Positions 10,370-20,505 of a DNA stretch of 56,385 nucleotides are shown piece by piece. Source of the DNA: an uncultured Bacteroidota bacterium (lineage in GTDB: Bacteria > Bacteroidota > Bacteroidia > NS11-12g > UBA955); contig CALMKH010000023.1 in NCBI GenBank assembly GCA_937867025.1, positions 1-56,385 on the forward strand, read 5' to 3'. Made by a program: the position numbers and the translations under genes. Position 1 is the first letter of the stretch, and each line of letters opens with the position of its first letter. The notes under the pieces were generated by a model. The model saw only the letters and a list, made by a program, of their open reading frames with translations, did no database searches and was not told the DNA's origin.

Positions 10370-11548
10370 CTAGGTAATATCGTAAATTTCCTGGTCAACC
10401 GGTATGACCTTTCTCAGTGTCAGTTTAAGCCAGATATACCCACATATGGCGGAAAGGCATGACGCAGCGAGAATGGCGATCTTGGCCGCATTTACCATCG
10501 TATGGTTGTCGAAGGCCAGCAAACTTATAAAAATAGACATTGTAAACCCAATACCGCCCAGGAAGCCTGCACCCAGGATATGTGTTTTCTTTAGGTCACC
10601 CGGCAAAGCGCAAAGCCGGAAAGCTATGCCAAGAAGGATAAATAAACAAATGCCTGCCGGTTTCCCCACAAACAGGCCGAGAATGATACCAATGCCGGCA
10701 GGGTCGTTAAGTTGTGTATACCAGTCGCTGCTAACAGGGATGGATGTGTTCGCAAGGGCGAATAAAGGCAGTATCACAAAAGCGACAGGTTTGTGCAGAA
10801 CATGCTGAATAACGTATGAAGGAGACGTTTTTCCACCATCGCCGAAAGGTATGGCAAATGCCAGCAGCACGCCTGTAATGGTGGGATGGATGCCTGAATC
10901 CAGCATAAAAAACCACATAGTTGCGCCACCAGCCAGGTATATGACAAGATAATATATCTTCAGACGGTTACAAACGATCATAACTGCAAAAATCCCTAAA
11001 GCGACAAGCAGGCTGATAAAATTTAAAGTACCGGTGTAAAACAGGGCGATAACGATTATGGCGCCGAGATCGTCTATCACGGCAAACGCCGTAATGAAGA
11101 CCTTAAGCGAGGCGGGAACTTTATTGCCGAGCAATGACAAGACTCCAAGGGCAAATGCAATATCCGTAGCCATAGGAATTCCTGCACCTGACTGGGATGG
11201 CATTCCATAATTAATCAGCAGGAATATACAGGCAGGGACAATCATTCCACCGATAGCTCCGGCAATGGGCATGGCGGCATTTTTTATGTTGGATAGTTCG
11301 CCGATGTAAATCTCCCGCTCGAGTTCAAGTCCTATCAGAAGAAAAAAGATAGTCATCAGGCCATCATTTATCCAATGTGTTATGCTATGGCCGGCGAATT
11401 CAAAGTCCCAAAACCCCGTATATACATTTCCAAGTGAAGAATTTGCTATGACAATGGATAAAAGTGTAACCAGGATCAATAGTAAGCCTCCGGCCTTTTC
11501 ACTCCTGAAAAAATCATTAAAGAGATCAGTCAGTTTCATGGACTTCAA
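10370..11548 (-). CDS. nhaA: Na+/H+ antiporter NhaA
   Basis: WINDGLMTIFF..GLELERE, PMATDIAF, AVIDDLGAI, GIGFTMSIFI. Confidence 0.95.
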   Translation of the reverse strand: MKSMKLTDLFNDFFRSEKAGGLLLILVTLLSIVIANSSLGNVYTGFWDFEFAGHSITHWINDGLMTIFFLLIGLELEREIYIGELSNIKNAAMPIAGAIGGMIVPACIFLLINYGMPSQSGAGIPMATDIAFALGVLSLLGNKVPASLKVFITAFAVIDDLGAIIVIALFYTGTLNFISLLVALGIFAVMIVCNRLKIYYLVIYLAGGATMWFFMLDSGIHPTITGVLLAFAIPFGDGGKTSPSYVIQHVLHKPVAFVILPLFALANTSIPVSSDWYTQLNDPAGIGIILGLFVGKPAGICLFILLGIAFRLCALPGDLKKTHILGAGFLGGIGFTMSIFISLLAFDNHTMVNAAKIAILAASCLSAICGYIWLKLTLRKVIPVDQEIYDIT

Positions 11549-11621
11549 AGGTATGAAAAATAATCCTATTGACGGTTTCCATACCCGGACCGCGAACTGC
11601 GGTTTTTTTCAGTGGAGGATT

Positions 11622-12722
11622 TTAATGATCCGGGTCTGAATTCCTGTTTATTCTTGCCTGCCTGAGTTTTTCTATGGGTGCGGCAATAAAATGATTCAAT
11701 AAGATAGAGAGACCTAAGGTTCCCATCGTTACTGTCAGGCCACTGAGGTGAAACCCGAATGACTGGACACACAGGATGATAAATATATGCGAAATGTAAA
11801 TAGGGTAGGACAATTCACCTATCCAGGCATCGGTTTTCAAGTGTTTAAAAATCCGGAACACCAGGGGCAATGCAGCGAGCACACCCACATAATATAATAT
11901 TTCCTTATGCCATTCGCTGAAACCCATGGTCGGTATTTTGGAATACAGTATGGTAAATGCAAACACCCATAAACATGCCAGGGCAGAGACCCAGGAAGGG
12001 ATACGCATTGTTTCGGTGAACTTTAATAAGCGGTATGACAGATAGCCGGCCAGGAAGAACATGAGTTCAGCAGGGAAAAACCGGTAAATCCAAGGATCGT
12101 GTTTAAAACCGAGACCAAAATATATATAAAGCTTTGTTGCAAGGGAAACGGCAAACAGGGCCAGGACGGGTTTGATGCCTTTCTTCAGAATGAAAGGAGC
12201 AAGAACGTAAAACATCATCTCTAATCCCAATGACCAGGCTTGCGGGACAAACAATGAATGATACAGGGCCGGGCCGGTTTGCGTAAAATCCGAAGTAAAG
12301 AACAGGTTTCCGCTTTCGGGCGTTATACCCATGAACATGACTGCGTCCTGACCGAAGATCAGCAGATTTGTAAAGATAAGGAAAAACAGCGATGTGAAAC
12401 TGTGATTGATTGAATAATACTGGTTAAAGATCGGCGTATTGGCGACTCCATCCCTGAAGGCAACGACTGTGCAGGTTATAATCGTTAAGAGCAGTATTGT
12501 CCAGTATATGGGGAATAATCGCAGGAACCTGTTGCTGATAAACAATGCATATGAATTATTCTTGCCGGTATACTTTTCATTCAATACCATGGACATGTAA
12601 AATCCCGAGATGATAAAAAAGGTTTTAACGGCGATGAGTCCCCCTACAAAATGAAACCCTGCTATAGGGCCTGCATGTGCGATGACGACAGATAAAGCGA
12701 GTATTAATCTGAGTATTCCCAT
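11622..12722 (-). CDS. Acyltransferase family 3 (OafA/YrhL-like membrane O-acyltransferase)
   Basis: LRLILALSVVIAH, FFIISGF, RFLRLFP.YW, WSLGLEMMFY, GELSYPIYISH. Confidence 0.9.
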   Translation of the reverse strand: MGILRLILALSVVIAHAGPIAGFHFVGGLIAVKTFFIISGFYMSMVLNEKYTGKNNSYALFISNRFLRLFPIYWTILLLTIITCTVVAFRDGVANTPIFNQYYSINHSFTSLFFLIFTNLLIFGQDAVMFMGITPESGNLFFTSDFTQTGPALYHSLFVPQAWSLGLEMMFYVLAPFILKKGIKPVLALFAVSLATKLYIYFGLGFKHDPWIYRFFPAELMFFLAGYLSYRLLKFTETMRIPSWVSALACLWVFAFTILYSKIPTMGFSEWHKEILYYVGVLAALPLVFRIFKHLKTDAWIGELSYPIYISHIFIILCVQSFGFHLSGLTVTMGTLGLSILLNHFIAAPIEKLRQARINRNSDPDH

Positions 12723-12726
12723 TAGA

Positions 12727-13578
12727 TTATAAAAAATTGGATATGCGAATTTTTATGCTTTCCATTGAAAACCGTTTTGAGACTTTGATCCTGGGAAAGC
12801 TGATATCAGGATTAACAGCCACGATCAGGCCGTCCGTTGAAAAGCTCTCAGCCAGGGTGTGTTCGGCAATGATGCGGTAGCCATGTGATTTCAGCAGTTC
12901 CAGACAATTGAAATGAAGGGGTTCGGAATGGGTTGAAATAAAAATAAATCCTATACTCCTGCCTGACAGGCTTTTCTCGGCGCCTTTCAGCATCTCCAGT
13001 TCGGCACCCTGAATATCTGCATGCAATATGTTTAAAAAGGCTATCTGTTTTTCATCGAGGAAACCGTCGACATGAATCTGGAGCCGCTCGTAATATGTTC
13101 CATCCCAGTTTTTGAATGGTGCTTTTTTTGAAGTGAACCTTCCCACAAAAGCCTGAGTGAAATCACCCTGCATATTGTTGAGCCGGAAATTTTCCACGCC
13201 TTTCTCCATCATGTCAGGCATAGGTTCCACCATATAATTCCGACCATGCGGAACCTGTGATTTGAACCACATGGAATAATACGCCCAGAATGAACCCAGT
13301 TCCAGCATTGTGGCATGTTCAGGAATGGCTTTCAATACCTCGTAAAATACTTTTTCTTCCTGGGGTTCGTGAACACCTTTAAGCTGTTCTATGATCCGGA
13401 CGTTAAATTCACCGTAATGACTGTCGGTAAACACTTTTACCCCGTTATGCATCAGCTGGAATGACCTGCCGGTATGGTCATTGATAATCCTGCCGGCTTC
13501 TTTGATTTTGGGAATTCCATCAGAGTCCCTGCACCTGATGGCAATTTGTATTCTCTCCTCCGTCTCCATCTTCACCAA
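12727..13578 (-). CDS. FkbM family SAM-dependent methyltransferase
   Basis: ELGSFWAYYS SAM loop, ILHADIQGAE, ISTH. The start is either TTG 13578 or ATG 13569. Confidence 0.85.
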   Translation of the reverse strand: MVKMETEERIQIAIRCRDSDGIPKIKEAGRIINDHTGRSFQLMHNGVKVFTDSHYGEFNVRIIEQLKGVHEPQEEKVFYEVLKAIPEHATMLELGSFWAYYSMWFKSQVPHGRNYMVEPMPDMMEKGVENFRLNNMQGDFTQAFVGRFTSKKAPFKNWDGTYYERLQIHVDGFLDEKQIAFLNILHADIQGAELEMLKGAEKSLSGRSIGFIFISTHSEPLHFNCLELLKSHGYRIIAEHTLAESFSTDGLIVAVNPDISFPRIKVSKRFSMESIKIRISNFL

Positions 13579-13586
13579 TTCGGAGG

Positions 13587-13594
13587 CAAAACTA
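13587..13594 (-). promoter_or_regulatory. Candidate -7 element (TAGTTTTG) for the FkbM-acyltransferase pair
   Basis: Exact TAnnTTTG match just upstream of the start. Confidence 0.55.
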
Positions 13595-13748
13595 TGGAAA
13601 TGGATAAGTATTTCTATATCAATGTGTTATTTAGCCGAAAAATACGCTTTTTCGCTTAAGTGTTTTCTGTGTTCTATTTTAGAATTGCAAGGATTGGAAA
13701 AATAGTTCCGCACATATGAACGCACGGGAGTGATGAAATAAGTCTTGT

Positions 13749-15536
13749 CTATCCATATAAAGGCTTGTCCAGTTTTCTGGCAAGTCTGAACACTGCATTC
13801 ATAAGTCCAACATGACTGTATGTCTGTGGGAAATTTCCCCATTGGCTGCCGTCCAGGCCAACGTCTTCGCTGAACAGGCCTAAATGATTGGAGGTCCTGA
13901 TCAGGTTTTCCAACGCTTTATTGGCATCATCAAGCCTTCCGATGCATGCCAGGGCTTCGGCATACCAGAATGCGCAAACCAGGAAAGTAGATTCGGGCCT
14001 GCCGAAATCATCCTCGTGCCTGTACCTGTATATAAAGCCGTTTTCGGTTTTTAATTCCCGTTCAATAGCTGTTATATGGTCGTGCGCTTTCGCGGAATTC
14101 GGGTCCAGATAACCCATTGATACCAGTTTCAGGCAGCTGGCATCCATATGATCACTGCCTATGGCTTGCGTATAGGCTTTTTTTTCCGCACTATAGCATT
14201 TTTCAATCTGTTCGGATGATAAGAGGATCAGGTTCCGGGCTTTCTTTATCAGGGATTCATCATTCATCTCCGTGCCGATCTTCAGAGCGGCCCTGCTGCC
14301 GGCCCAATGGAAAAGAAAGGTATAACAGTGCAACTGCATGCTGTTCCTGAACTCCCACAATCCCGCATCAGGCGTGTAAAGTGTTTCTTCGATCTTATCC
14401 AGGAGAAAGTGAATGATCTGGAGAGGTTTGTTTGCCGAATGGATTGACAGGCGTTTGTCGACATATAACGGCATAAGGCTCACAAGAACCTGGCCATACA
14501 CATCGTTCTGAATATGCGTGTAAGCCTCATTTCCCAGCCTGACCGGCGCGTTATTGTCCATGTAGCCTTTAAGGCCGGTAATGGTTTCGGTAAGCACTTT
14601 TTCGCCGGTGATAGAGTAAAGCGGCTGTATCCGCGCTTTTTCAGTGGCGATGATATTCTCGATATACTGAAAATACTTCTGGGACTCTTCAAAATGACCT
14701 ATGCTGTTTAGGGCATACAGGGTGTAATACGTATCGCGCATCCAGCAATATCTGTAATCCCAGTTCCTGCCTGATTGATCGAACTCCGGCAAACTCATGC
14801 TGCCGGATGCGATAATGCCACCTGTGTCTTCGTACTGGTGCAGTTTCAGTACAAGGGACGATCTGATAATAGCTTCCTGGTAAATGGAAGGAATAGAAGT
14901 GGTTTTTACCCATTCACGCCAGTAACTGACCGTCTTCTTCAGAAAGGATTCAAACGTGTCTGTGAGTCCCGACTCAAGAGGTAACTCGCAAGAGAACAGC
15001 AGGTACCTGGGCTCAGAGAGCACAAAAGCTTTTTCATCGACAATATTGTTCAGCGATATGTCGGTGGTAAGCCTGATATGCGGACCAATGTTCATGTACC
15101 TGATATGGTTGCTGCCAAGTAAAACTTCAGGCAGGGCACGCCCGTATTCGCCGACAGGCCGGCACACAACCCTCACCATCGGCCTGCCTTCAAGAGGTTC
15201 GATTTTCCTGAGCAGCATTAAAGGACGGAAATACCTGTCATTCTGGTAAAAACGCGGGGCAAAGTCGGTGACCCGGAAAGCACCGTCCGCGCATTCGAAT
15301 TCGGTGCACAGCACGTTGGTGTTTTCAAGGTAATACTGCCTGTGCTGAATGATGTCCTCTGCCGGGGAGATCCGGAAGGTTCCGCCCTTTTCACTATCGA
15401 GCAGTGAACCAAAAAGAAAACTGCTGTCAAATCTCGGCATGCACATCCATTTTACTTCGGCATACATGTCAATATACGCCATAAAAGAACAATTGCCGAC
15501 AATGCCCATATTGTATGTATGCTGTTTGCCGTTCAT
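13749..15536 (-). CDS. Glycoside hydrolase family 15 (probable trehalase)
   Basis: PRFDS, SLPE....RNWDYRYCWMRD, GLWEFR, GLFSED, GNFPQTYSH. Overlaps the upstream gene by 4 nt (ATGA). Confidence 0.93.
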   Translation of the reverse strand: MNGKQHTYNMGIVGNCSFMAYIDMYAEVKWMCMPRFDSSFLFGSLLDSEKGGTFRISPAEDIIQHRQYYLENTNVLCTEFECADGAFRVTDFAPRFYQNDRYFRPLMLLRKIEPLEGRPMVRVVCRPVGEYGRALPEVLLGSNHIRYMNIGPHIRLTTDISLNNIVDEKAFVLSEPRYLLFSCELPLESGLTDTFESFLKKTVSYWREWVKTTSIPSIYQEAIIRSSLVLKLHQYEDTGGIIASGSMSLPEFDQSGRNWDYRYCWMRDTYYTLYALNSIGHFEESQKYFQYIENIIATEKARIQPLYSITGEKVLTETITGLKGYMDNNAPVRLGNEAYTHIQNDVYGQVLVSLMPLYVDKRLSIHSANKPLQIIHFLLDKIEETLYTPDAGLWEFRNSMQLHCYTFLFHWAGSRAALKIGTEMNDESLIKKARNLILLSSEQIEKCYSAEKKAYTQAIGSDHMDASCLKLVSMGYLDPNSAKAHDHITAIERELKTENGFIYRYRHEDDFGRPESTFLVCAFWYAEALACIGRLDDANKALENLIRTSNHLGLFSEDVGLDGSQWGNFPQTYSHVGLMNAVFRLARKLDKPLYG

Positions 15537-17704
15537 AACTTATCGGGTAACTGGCTAAGAAAAGCGATAACGGATTCTATTCGTTCAATACGGTATCTGG
15601 CAATGCTGCCGGCTTCACCAACCTTGACGGTAATGGCATCATAATGTTGCATTACTTCAAACAGGAATTCATCGGTCATGTCGTCGCCCACAGCCAGGCA
15701 AAAGTCGAAATCCCTGACATTGAAAGCATGCAGCACGGCTGTACCCTTATTGATCTGTGCGGGTTTGACTTCAATGACTTTATTTCCATCAATGATATGG
15801 GTGTTTGCGCCGGTAAGATAGTCGTGCAGCAGGCTTATCAGTTCCCGTGATTGTGAGAAACCGCTATAAGGATCAGAATTCCTGTAATGCCAGCATAACG
15901 AAAAATTTTTTTCTTCAACAAAAGCTCCGCTGCAATTGTCCGCAAATATCTGCATGATCCTGTGGACCCCATCCTTCCATATGAGTGGATCAACAATGGT
16001 GGAATGCCAGCTTTTCTGCCTGACAAAGCAGCCATGCTCGGCAATGAGCATAACAGGAAGATGACCGAACCACTCCTCCAGGGTTTGCCTGTCTCTTCCG
16101 CTTATAAGAACCACTTCATTCCCGGGATCGAGCGCCAACAGGGATAATACATCCAGCACATCCTGCCCGGGCCTTGCCATATGCGGAACCGGCTGAAATG
16201 CAGCCAGGGTGCCATCATAGTCCAGGAGTATCAGCCGCTTATGTGCCTTCAGGTATTTCCGGCGTATCATTCCTTTCGTCTCATCATGCATCCGGTCAGG
16301 GTATATTTTCCGCGCACATACTTCTTCGAGTTCCCTTATGAAATTATTTCCCCATCTCAGCACATCGTGCTTCCTGACCTGGTTGCGCATATTGGTCATT
16401 CTGAGCCTGCGCTCATCGAGTGTCATGCTCAGCGCCATTTTTATTTTCACAGATATTTCTTCTTCATCCAAGGGGTTGAAGAGCAGGGCGTCTGTCAGTT
16501 CTTTTGCCGCACCGGTCATGTCGCTCAGGAGCAATACACCATCTTCGTCACTCCTTGAGGCAACAAATTCCTTGGATACCAGGTTCATGCCGTCACGCAA
16601 TGGTGAAATAAGGGCAATGTCGCAACCCGTATATAAGCCGGTAAGTTCCTGAAAATTCAGTGAACCGTAATGGTACACCACCGGCGTCCACTGTGTCGTT
16701 CCGAATTTGCCGTTGATCTCGCTGATCAGCATTTCGATCATTTGTTTTCTTTCAATATATTTTCTGATCACTTCCCTTGAAGGCACAGCTACCAGGATGA
16801 ATACGATCTTTTCGCGCCACTCCGGATAATCATTTATGAAACGGGCGAAGCCTCTCAGCCTGAAACTGATGCCCTTGGTATAATCGAGGCGGTCCACGGA
16901 AAAAATGATGCTTTTATCCTGGTAAACCGATTTCAGTTTAGCGCGTTCCTGTTCTATCAGGGGATCCAGCAGGGCGTTGGTAAATTTATCAAAATCCACA
17001 CTGATGGGAAAGACCCCGACACGTACCGGCCTGTTGTTGTACAGGAGTTCGAACTGCTTATGCTGCAATCCCGCGATCATTTGTGCGGTAGTCAGGAAAT
17101 GCTGGGCGTATTCGTATGTATGAAACCCAATAAGATCGGCACTCAGCATGCCTTTTACAAGTGTGTCCCGGCAGTATTTAGGCAATAAGCGTATAAGCTC
17201 GTAAGCGGGAAACGGGATATGCAGGAAAAAACCTATCCGGGCGTCGGGTTTGATTTTCCTTATCATTTCTGCCAATGGCATCAGCTGGTAATCGTGTATC
17301 CAGATGATATCCCCCGGGCCTATGATCTTGCATGCTTCTTCCGCCAGGATGGTATTGGCCTGCATATACGCCGTGAAATGAGATGGCTTGAACTCTACAA
17401 AGGCTGGGAAGTAATGAAACAGGGGCCATAGTACAGTGTTTGAGAATCCATTGTAAAAGCCGTAGTTGACGTTCTTGTCCAAAAAAACCGGATGTAATGC
17501 GAAATTGCTGCTGAAGCGTGTTTTCCCTTCATGATAATCTGCCTTCAGGAAGTCGGCCACTCCTACCCAATGCAATTCGTTCGACTCATTTTTCAGGGAC
17601 AGCACAGCACTTACCAGTCCTCCGGCAGAAGACCGGACATCAATATTGCCCTCAATACGCCTGAAGGATACCGGTAACCTGTAAGAAATATTAATGATTT
17701 TCAT
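15533..17704 (-). CDS. Bifunctional trehalose-6-phosphate synthase/phosphatase (GT20 + HAD)
   Basis: SAGGLV, WIHDY, FFLHIPFP, DRLDYTKGI, RDGMNLV in the OtsA part. DYDGTL and GDD.TDE in the OtsB part. ATG 17704 (MKIINISYRLP) preferred over GTG 17728. Confidence 0.95.
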   Translation of the reverse strand: MKIINISYRLPVSFRRIEGNIDVRSSAGGLVSAVLSLKNESNELHWVGVADFLKADYHEGKTRFSSNFALHPVFLDKNVNYGFYNGFSNTVLWPLFHYFPAFVEFKPSHFTAYMQANTILAEEACKIIGPGDIIWIHDYQLMPLAEMIRKIKPDARIGFFLHIPFPAYELIRLLPKYCRDTLVKGMLSADLIGFHTYEYAQHFLTTAQMIAGLQHKQFELLYNNRPVRVGVFPISVDFDKFTNALLDPLIEQERAKLKSVYQDKSIIFSVDRLDYTKGISFRLRGFARFINDYPEWREKIVFILVAVPSREVIRKYIERKQMIEMLISEINGKFGTTQWTPVVYHYGSLNFQELTGLYTGCDIALISPLRDGMNLVSKEFVASRSDEDGVLLLSDMTGAAKELTDALLFNPLDEEEISVKIKMALSMTLDERRLRMTNMRNQVRKHDVLRWGNNFIRELEEVCARKIYPDRMHDETKGMIRRKYLKAHKRLILLDYDGTLAAFQPVPHMARPGQDVLDVLSLLALDPGNEVVLISGRDRQTLEEWFGHLPVMLIAEHGCFVRQKSWHSTIVDPLIWKDGVHRIMQIFADNCSGAFVEEKNFSLCWHYRNSDPYSGFSQSRELISLLHDYLTGANTHIIDGNKVIEVKPAQINKGTAVLHAFNVRDFDFCLAVGDDMTDEFLFEVMQHYDAITVKVGEAGSIARYRIERIESVIAFLSQLPDKL

Positions 17705-17877
17705 GCCGGGAACAGGTGATAACGACACCAGTGCAATATTAAAGAAGGAAACTCATAACAGAATTGATCAGGATCATGAATTGCAAACAGTCCAGGAAGA
17801 GTGGCTGGTGTTTTTCCCGGCGTTGAACATCGATGTAAAAACAGCAGGTAAGGGATTGGACATTCTTGAGGCGCATA

Positions 17878-18237
17878 TCAGGTAGCGAGCCTGCGGATCG
17901 CTTCTTGCACAGTTCCCACAAAATTGACATATCCCCGCTTGTTGCTTTCAAAAATAAAATCCCGGAGACTAAGGCTGGGTATGTTGCTGAAATCACCGAC
18001 TATGGCCAGCCGTACCCGGTAATTGGAAAATTTTTGCAGAATTTCACCGGCCACCCCGGTTTTCAGATCAAAGAATTCGGAACTGATGTTTTTTTTATGC
18101 AATATCACCTTGTCATGCCCCCGGAAATAGAGATCCCCGACAAGGTTCAGCCCCGCATCAGTAGAATGGATGATGAGTTGCTCTGCCAGCACTTCTGCTA
18201 TCGCCTGGCCTTCAGGTTCGTGTAGTTTTATTTCCAT
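17878..18237 (-). CDS. DUF4180 family protein
   Basis: FFDLKTGVAGEILQKFSNY...AIVGDFS...LRDFIFESNK. Confidence 0.9.
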   Translation of the reverse strand: MEIKLHEPEGQAIAEVLAEQLIIHSTDAGLNLVGDLYFRGHDKVILHKKNISSEFFDLKTGVAGEILQKFSNYRVRLAIVGDFSNIPSLSLRDFIFESNKRGYVNFVGTVQEAIRRLAT

Positions 18238-18513
18238 AGCCGGCTATTCGTTTTGAAAGATGCAAGAATAAACTTTTTTTATAAAAGCGACTTAAATATT
18301 TTAATAAAATTATCGGTATAAAAATTTATTTGCCACGTATAATTATTTCGCCTGATATGGATAAACGAAAACTGCTTATTGTATGAAACACCTTGGGTGA
18401 GGATCGTAATTATACCATCGCGTTTACACCTTGTCCCAGTACCAAGTCTTAGGTAATCTGGAACGACGGAATCTGTTCAACGGTAAATATAGCAATTGTT
18501 TATAATAGTTAAC

Positions 18514-18521
18514 TATATTTG
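18514..18521 (+). promoter_or_regulatory. Candidate -7 element (TATATTTG)
   Basis: Exact TAnnTTTG match 11 nt before ATG 18533. Confidence 0.6.
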
Positions 18522-18532
18522 TCAGGTCACCC

Positions 18533-19207
18533 ATGAACCGCATTGCCGAATTCCTGCCTATTCTTACCACCCTGCTCGCGGCGGTTTTCACGCGTGAAAT
18601 GTTCCAGCATTACCGCCGGAGGAAGACCAAATATTTTTTATGGTGGACAATCGGTATTATCACTTTCGGACTGGGAACATTATCTGAAAGTATCAATTTA
18701 CTTTTCGGGTGGTCGGAATTCAACCTCAGGTTCTGGTACATTACAGGCGCACTGCTGGGAGGTTTCACCCTGGCCCAGGGTACAGTATATCTGCTGATGC
18801 CGGAAAGATTCGGTGACTGGACCACAGTCATATGGATTATTTTTGTATGCGTGGCCGCCACATGCGTTATTCTGACACCGTTGACCATTCCCGAAGATTT
18901 TAACGGCAAACTGAGCGGAGAAGTGTTTGAATGGCAATGGGTAAGACTGTTTTCACCATTCATAAACACCTATGCATTTGTTTTTTCTTTCGGTGGTGCG
19001 GTGTATTCGGCCAACAAATATTTTCAGCAGATCGATAAGGAGGCACGTTTTATCGGAAATATTTACATTTCAGCCGGAACATTGTTGCCGGGCATAGGAG
19101 GATTTTATACCAAGATAGGATATGTGGAAGTGCTTTTTGTAACCGAGCTGATCGGTCTGTTCCTCATTTACAGGGGATACCGGATCATTAAGTTTAACCG
19201 TGAATAA
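18533..19207 (+). CDS. Polytopic membrane protein of unknown function (about 7 TM)
   Basis: 224-aa ORF with repeated hydrophobic segments and its own promoter-like element. Confidence 0.8.
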   Translation: MNRIAEFLPILTTLLAAVFTREMFQHYRRRKTKYFLWWTIGIITFGLGTLSESINLLFGWSEFNLRFWYITGALLGGFTLAQGTVYLLMPERFGDWTTVIWIIFVCVAATCVILTPLTIPEDFNGKLSGEVFEWQWVRLFSPFINTYAFVFSFGGAVYSANKYFQQIDKEARFIGNIYISAGTLLPGIGGFYTKIGYVEVLFVTELIGLFLIYRGYRIIKFNRE

Positions 19208-19692
19208 CTCTGCACTGCCGGGCAGATAACCTAAGCGGCATGAGGGCAGGAGATAAGGTTCGGATATGAAATAACCCCAAGACATCATCATACTTGCGAA
19301 ATATATTGGATCACCGGTTGTAAATGAAAGTGTTGCGGTGGGCTCAGAAAAGCAGTACTCCCAGCAATGCGAGTTTGAACTGCAATTTGATCAGACGGGT
19401 AGAAATTCTAACATTTTTTATCATGGTATTTGTGTAATTATTCTTATTAAGTAAATTAGCTTAAAATCTAGGTCTTTTTGCTATAATAGTAAATAAACTC
19501 ATTGATAATCAACTAATTATACTCAAAGATAAAAATCAGATCCCAATAACAAAATTAATTTTATACGTATTGTGCAACGTATTAAGAATCACCTTGTTAT
19601 TTTTTAAAAAGAACGTAAAAAAACACGAAAAAATCATAAAGATATATTGGAAAATACCGCATGCGGGGGCATGGCATAATTCAAACTGACAC

Positions 19693-19721
19693 AAAAAAAG
19701 GCAGGAATATTTCCTGCCTTT
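19693..19721 (-). terminator. Intrinsic terminator after the outer-membrane protein gene
   Basis: Stem aaaggcaggaa / tat / ttcctgccttt, followed by a U-run on the minus strand, 20 nt after the stop. Confidence 0.8.
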
Positions 19722-19741
19722 CAAGTTCATTCAGATACGTA

Positions 19742-20479
19742 TTAAAATGGTGCGGATGGAGGAGGAGGTGGTGCCATTCCGCCGGTTTTGCCAATGAAAT
19801 ATTTTAATCCTATATTGACTATAACACCATTCACTCCGACAACCCAATTGCTGGCTGTGCTGTTTGTCCGATTATCACCCGTGGTACTTTCAGTCTTTGT
19901 GGTATTGAAGCTGATCAATCCGAAGTTGCTGTTGAAAGCCAGGTTTTCCCTGACAAAAAAGAGCAAACCGGTATTAAACCCGAAGGTGGACAGATTGGTT
20001 TTGTTGTCGGTCGTAGTCGAGGTACCGTTCACCAGGGTAGTGGTGGTTTTTCCGTTTCCGGATCCAACGCCGAACTGAATACCGCCATAGCAGGCAAAAT
20101 TCCTGTCATTCCTGAAATAATAGTTTCCAAAGATACCGACACCATTCAAAGGGCTTTCAATCTTTTGTTCTTTTTGGGCGGTAGGAACGTTCGGCGGATA
20201 AAAGTCATTGGTTGTGGTGCTTTTTGTGATAGCCAGGGCGAGACCACCTTCTATCCTGTCGGTGAAAAAGTAGCTGAAAGCAGGTACAAAGGCAAAACCG
20301 CTTCTTTTCTGGCCAAATGTCGTAGTAGTTGCACCGGTGGGGACAAAGGTAGCTGTGTTTTCAGTCTTGCCACCGTTTAAACCGATAGTGCCTGTAAGAG
20401 CCATGGCTCCTTTGTTAATCTGTGCAAATAGTCCTGTGGACATACTTACACACAAAACAGATAGAATTAATCTTTTCAT
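19742..20479 (-). CDS. Outer-membrane beta-barrel protein with a Pro-rich C-terminal extension
   Basis: Signal peptide ending LFA|Q, alternating beta-strands, IGLKYF beta-signal, then GKTGGMAPPPPPSAPF. Confidence 0.8.
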   Translation of the reverse strand: MKRLILSVLCVSMSTGLFAQINKGAMALTGTIGLNGGKTENTATFVPTGATTTTFGQKRSGFAFVPAFSYFFTDRIEGGLALAITKSTTTNDFYPPNVPTAQKEQKIESPLNGVGIFGNYYFRNDRNFACYGGIQFGVGSGNGKTTTTLVNGTSTTTDNKTNLSTFGFNTGLLFFVRENLAFNSNFGLISFNTTKTESTTGDNRTNSTASNWVVGVNGVIVNIGLKYFIGKTGGMAPPPPPSAPF

Positions 20480-20497
20480 AAGTGTATAATTTTAAGG

Positions 20498-20505
20498 CAA
20501 ATGTA
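20498..20505 (-). promoter_or_regulatory. Candidate -7 element (TACATTTG)
   Basis: Exact TAnnTTTG match 18 nt upstream of ATG 20479. Confidence 0.6.
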
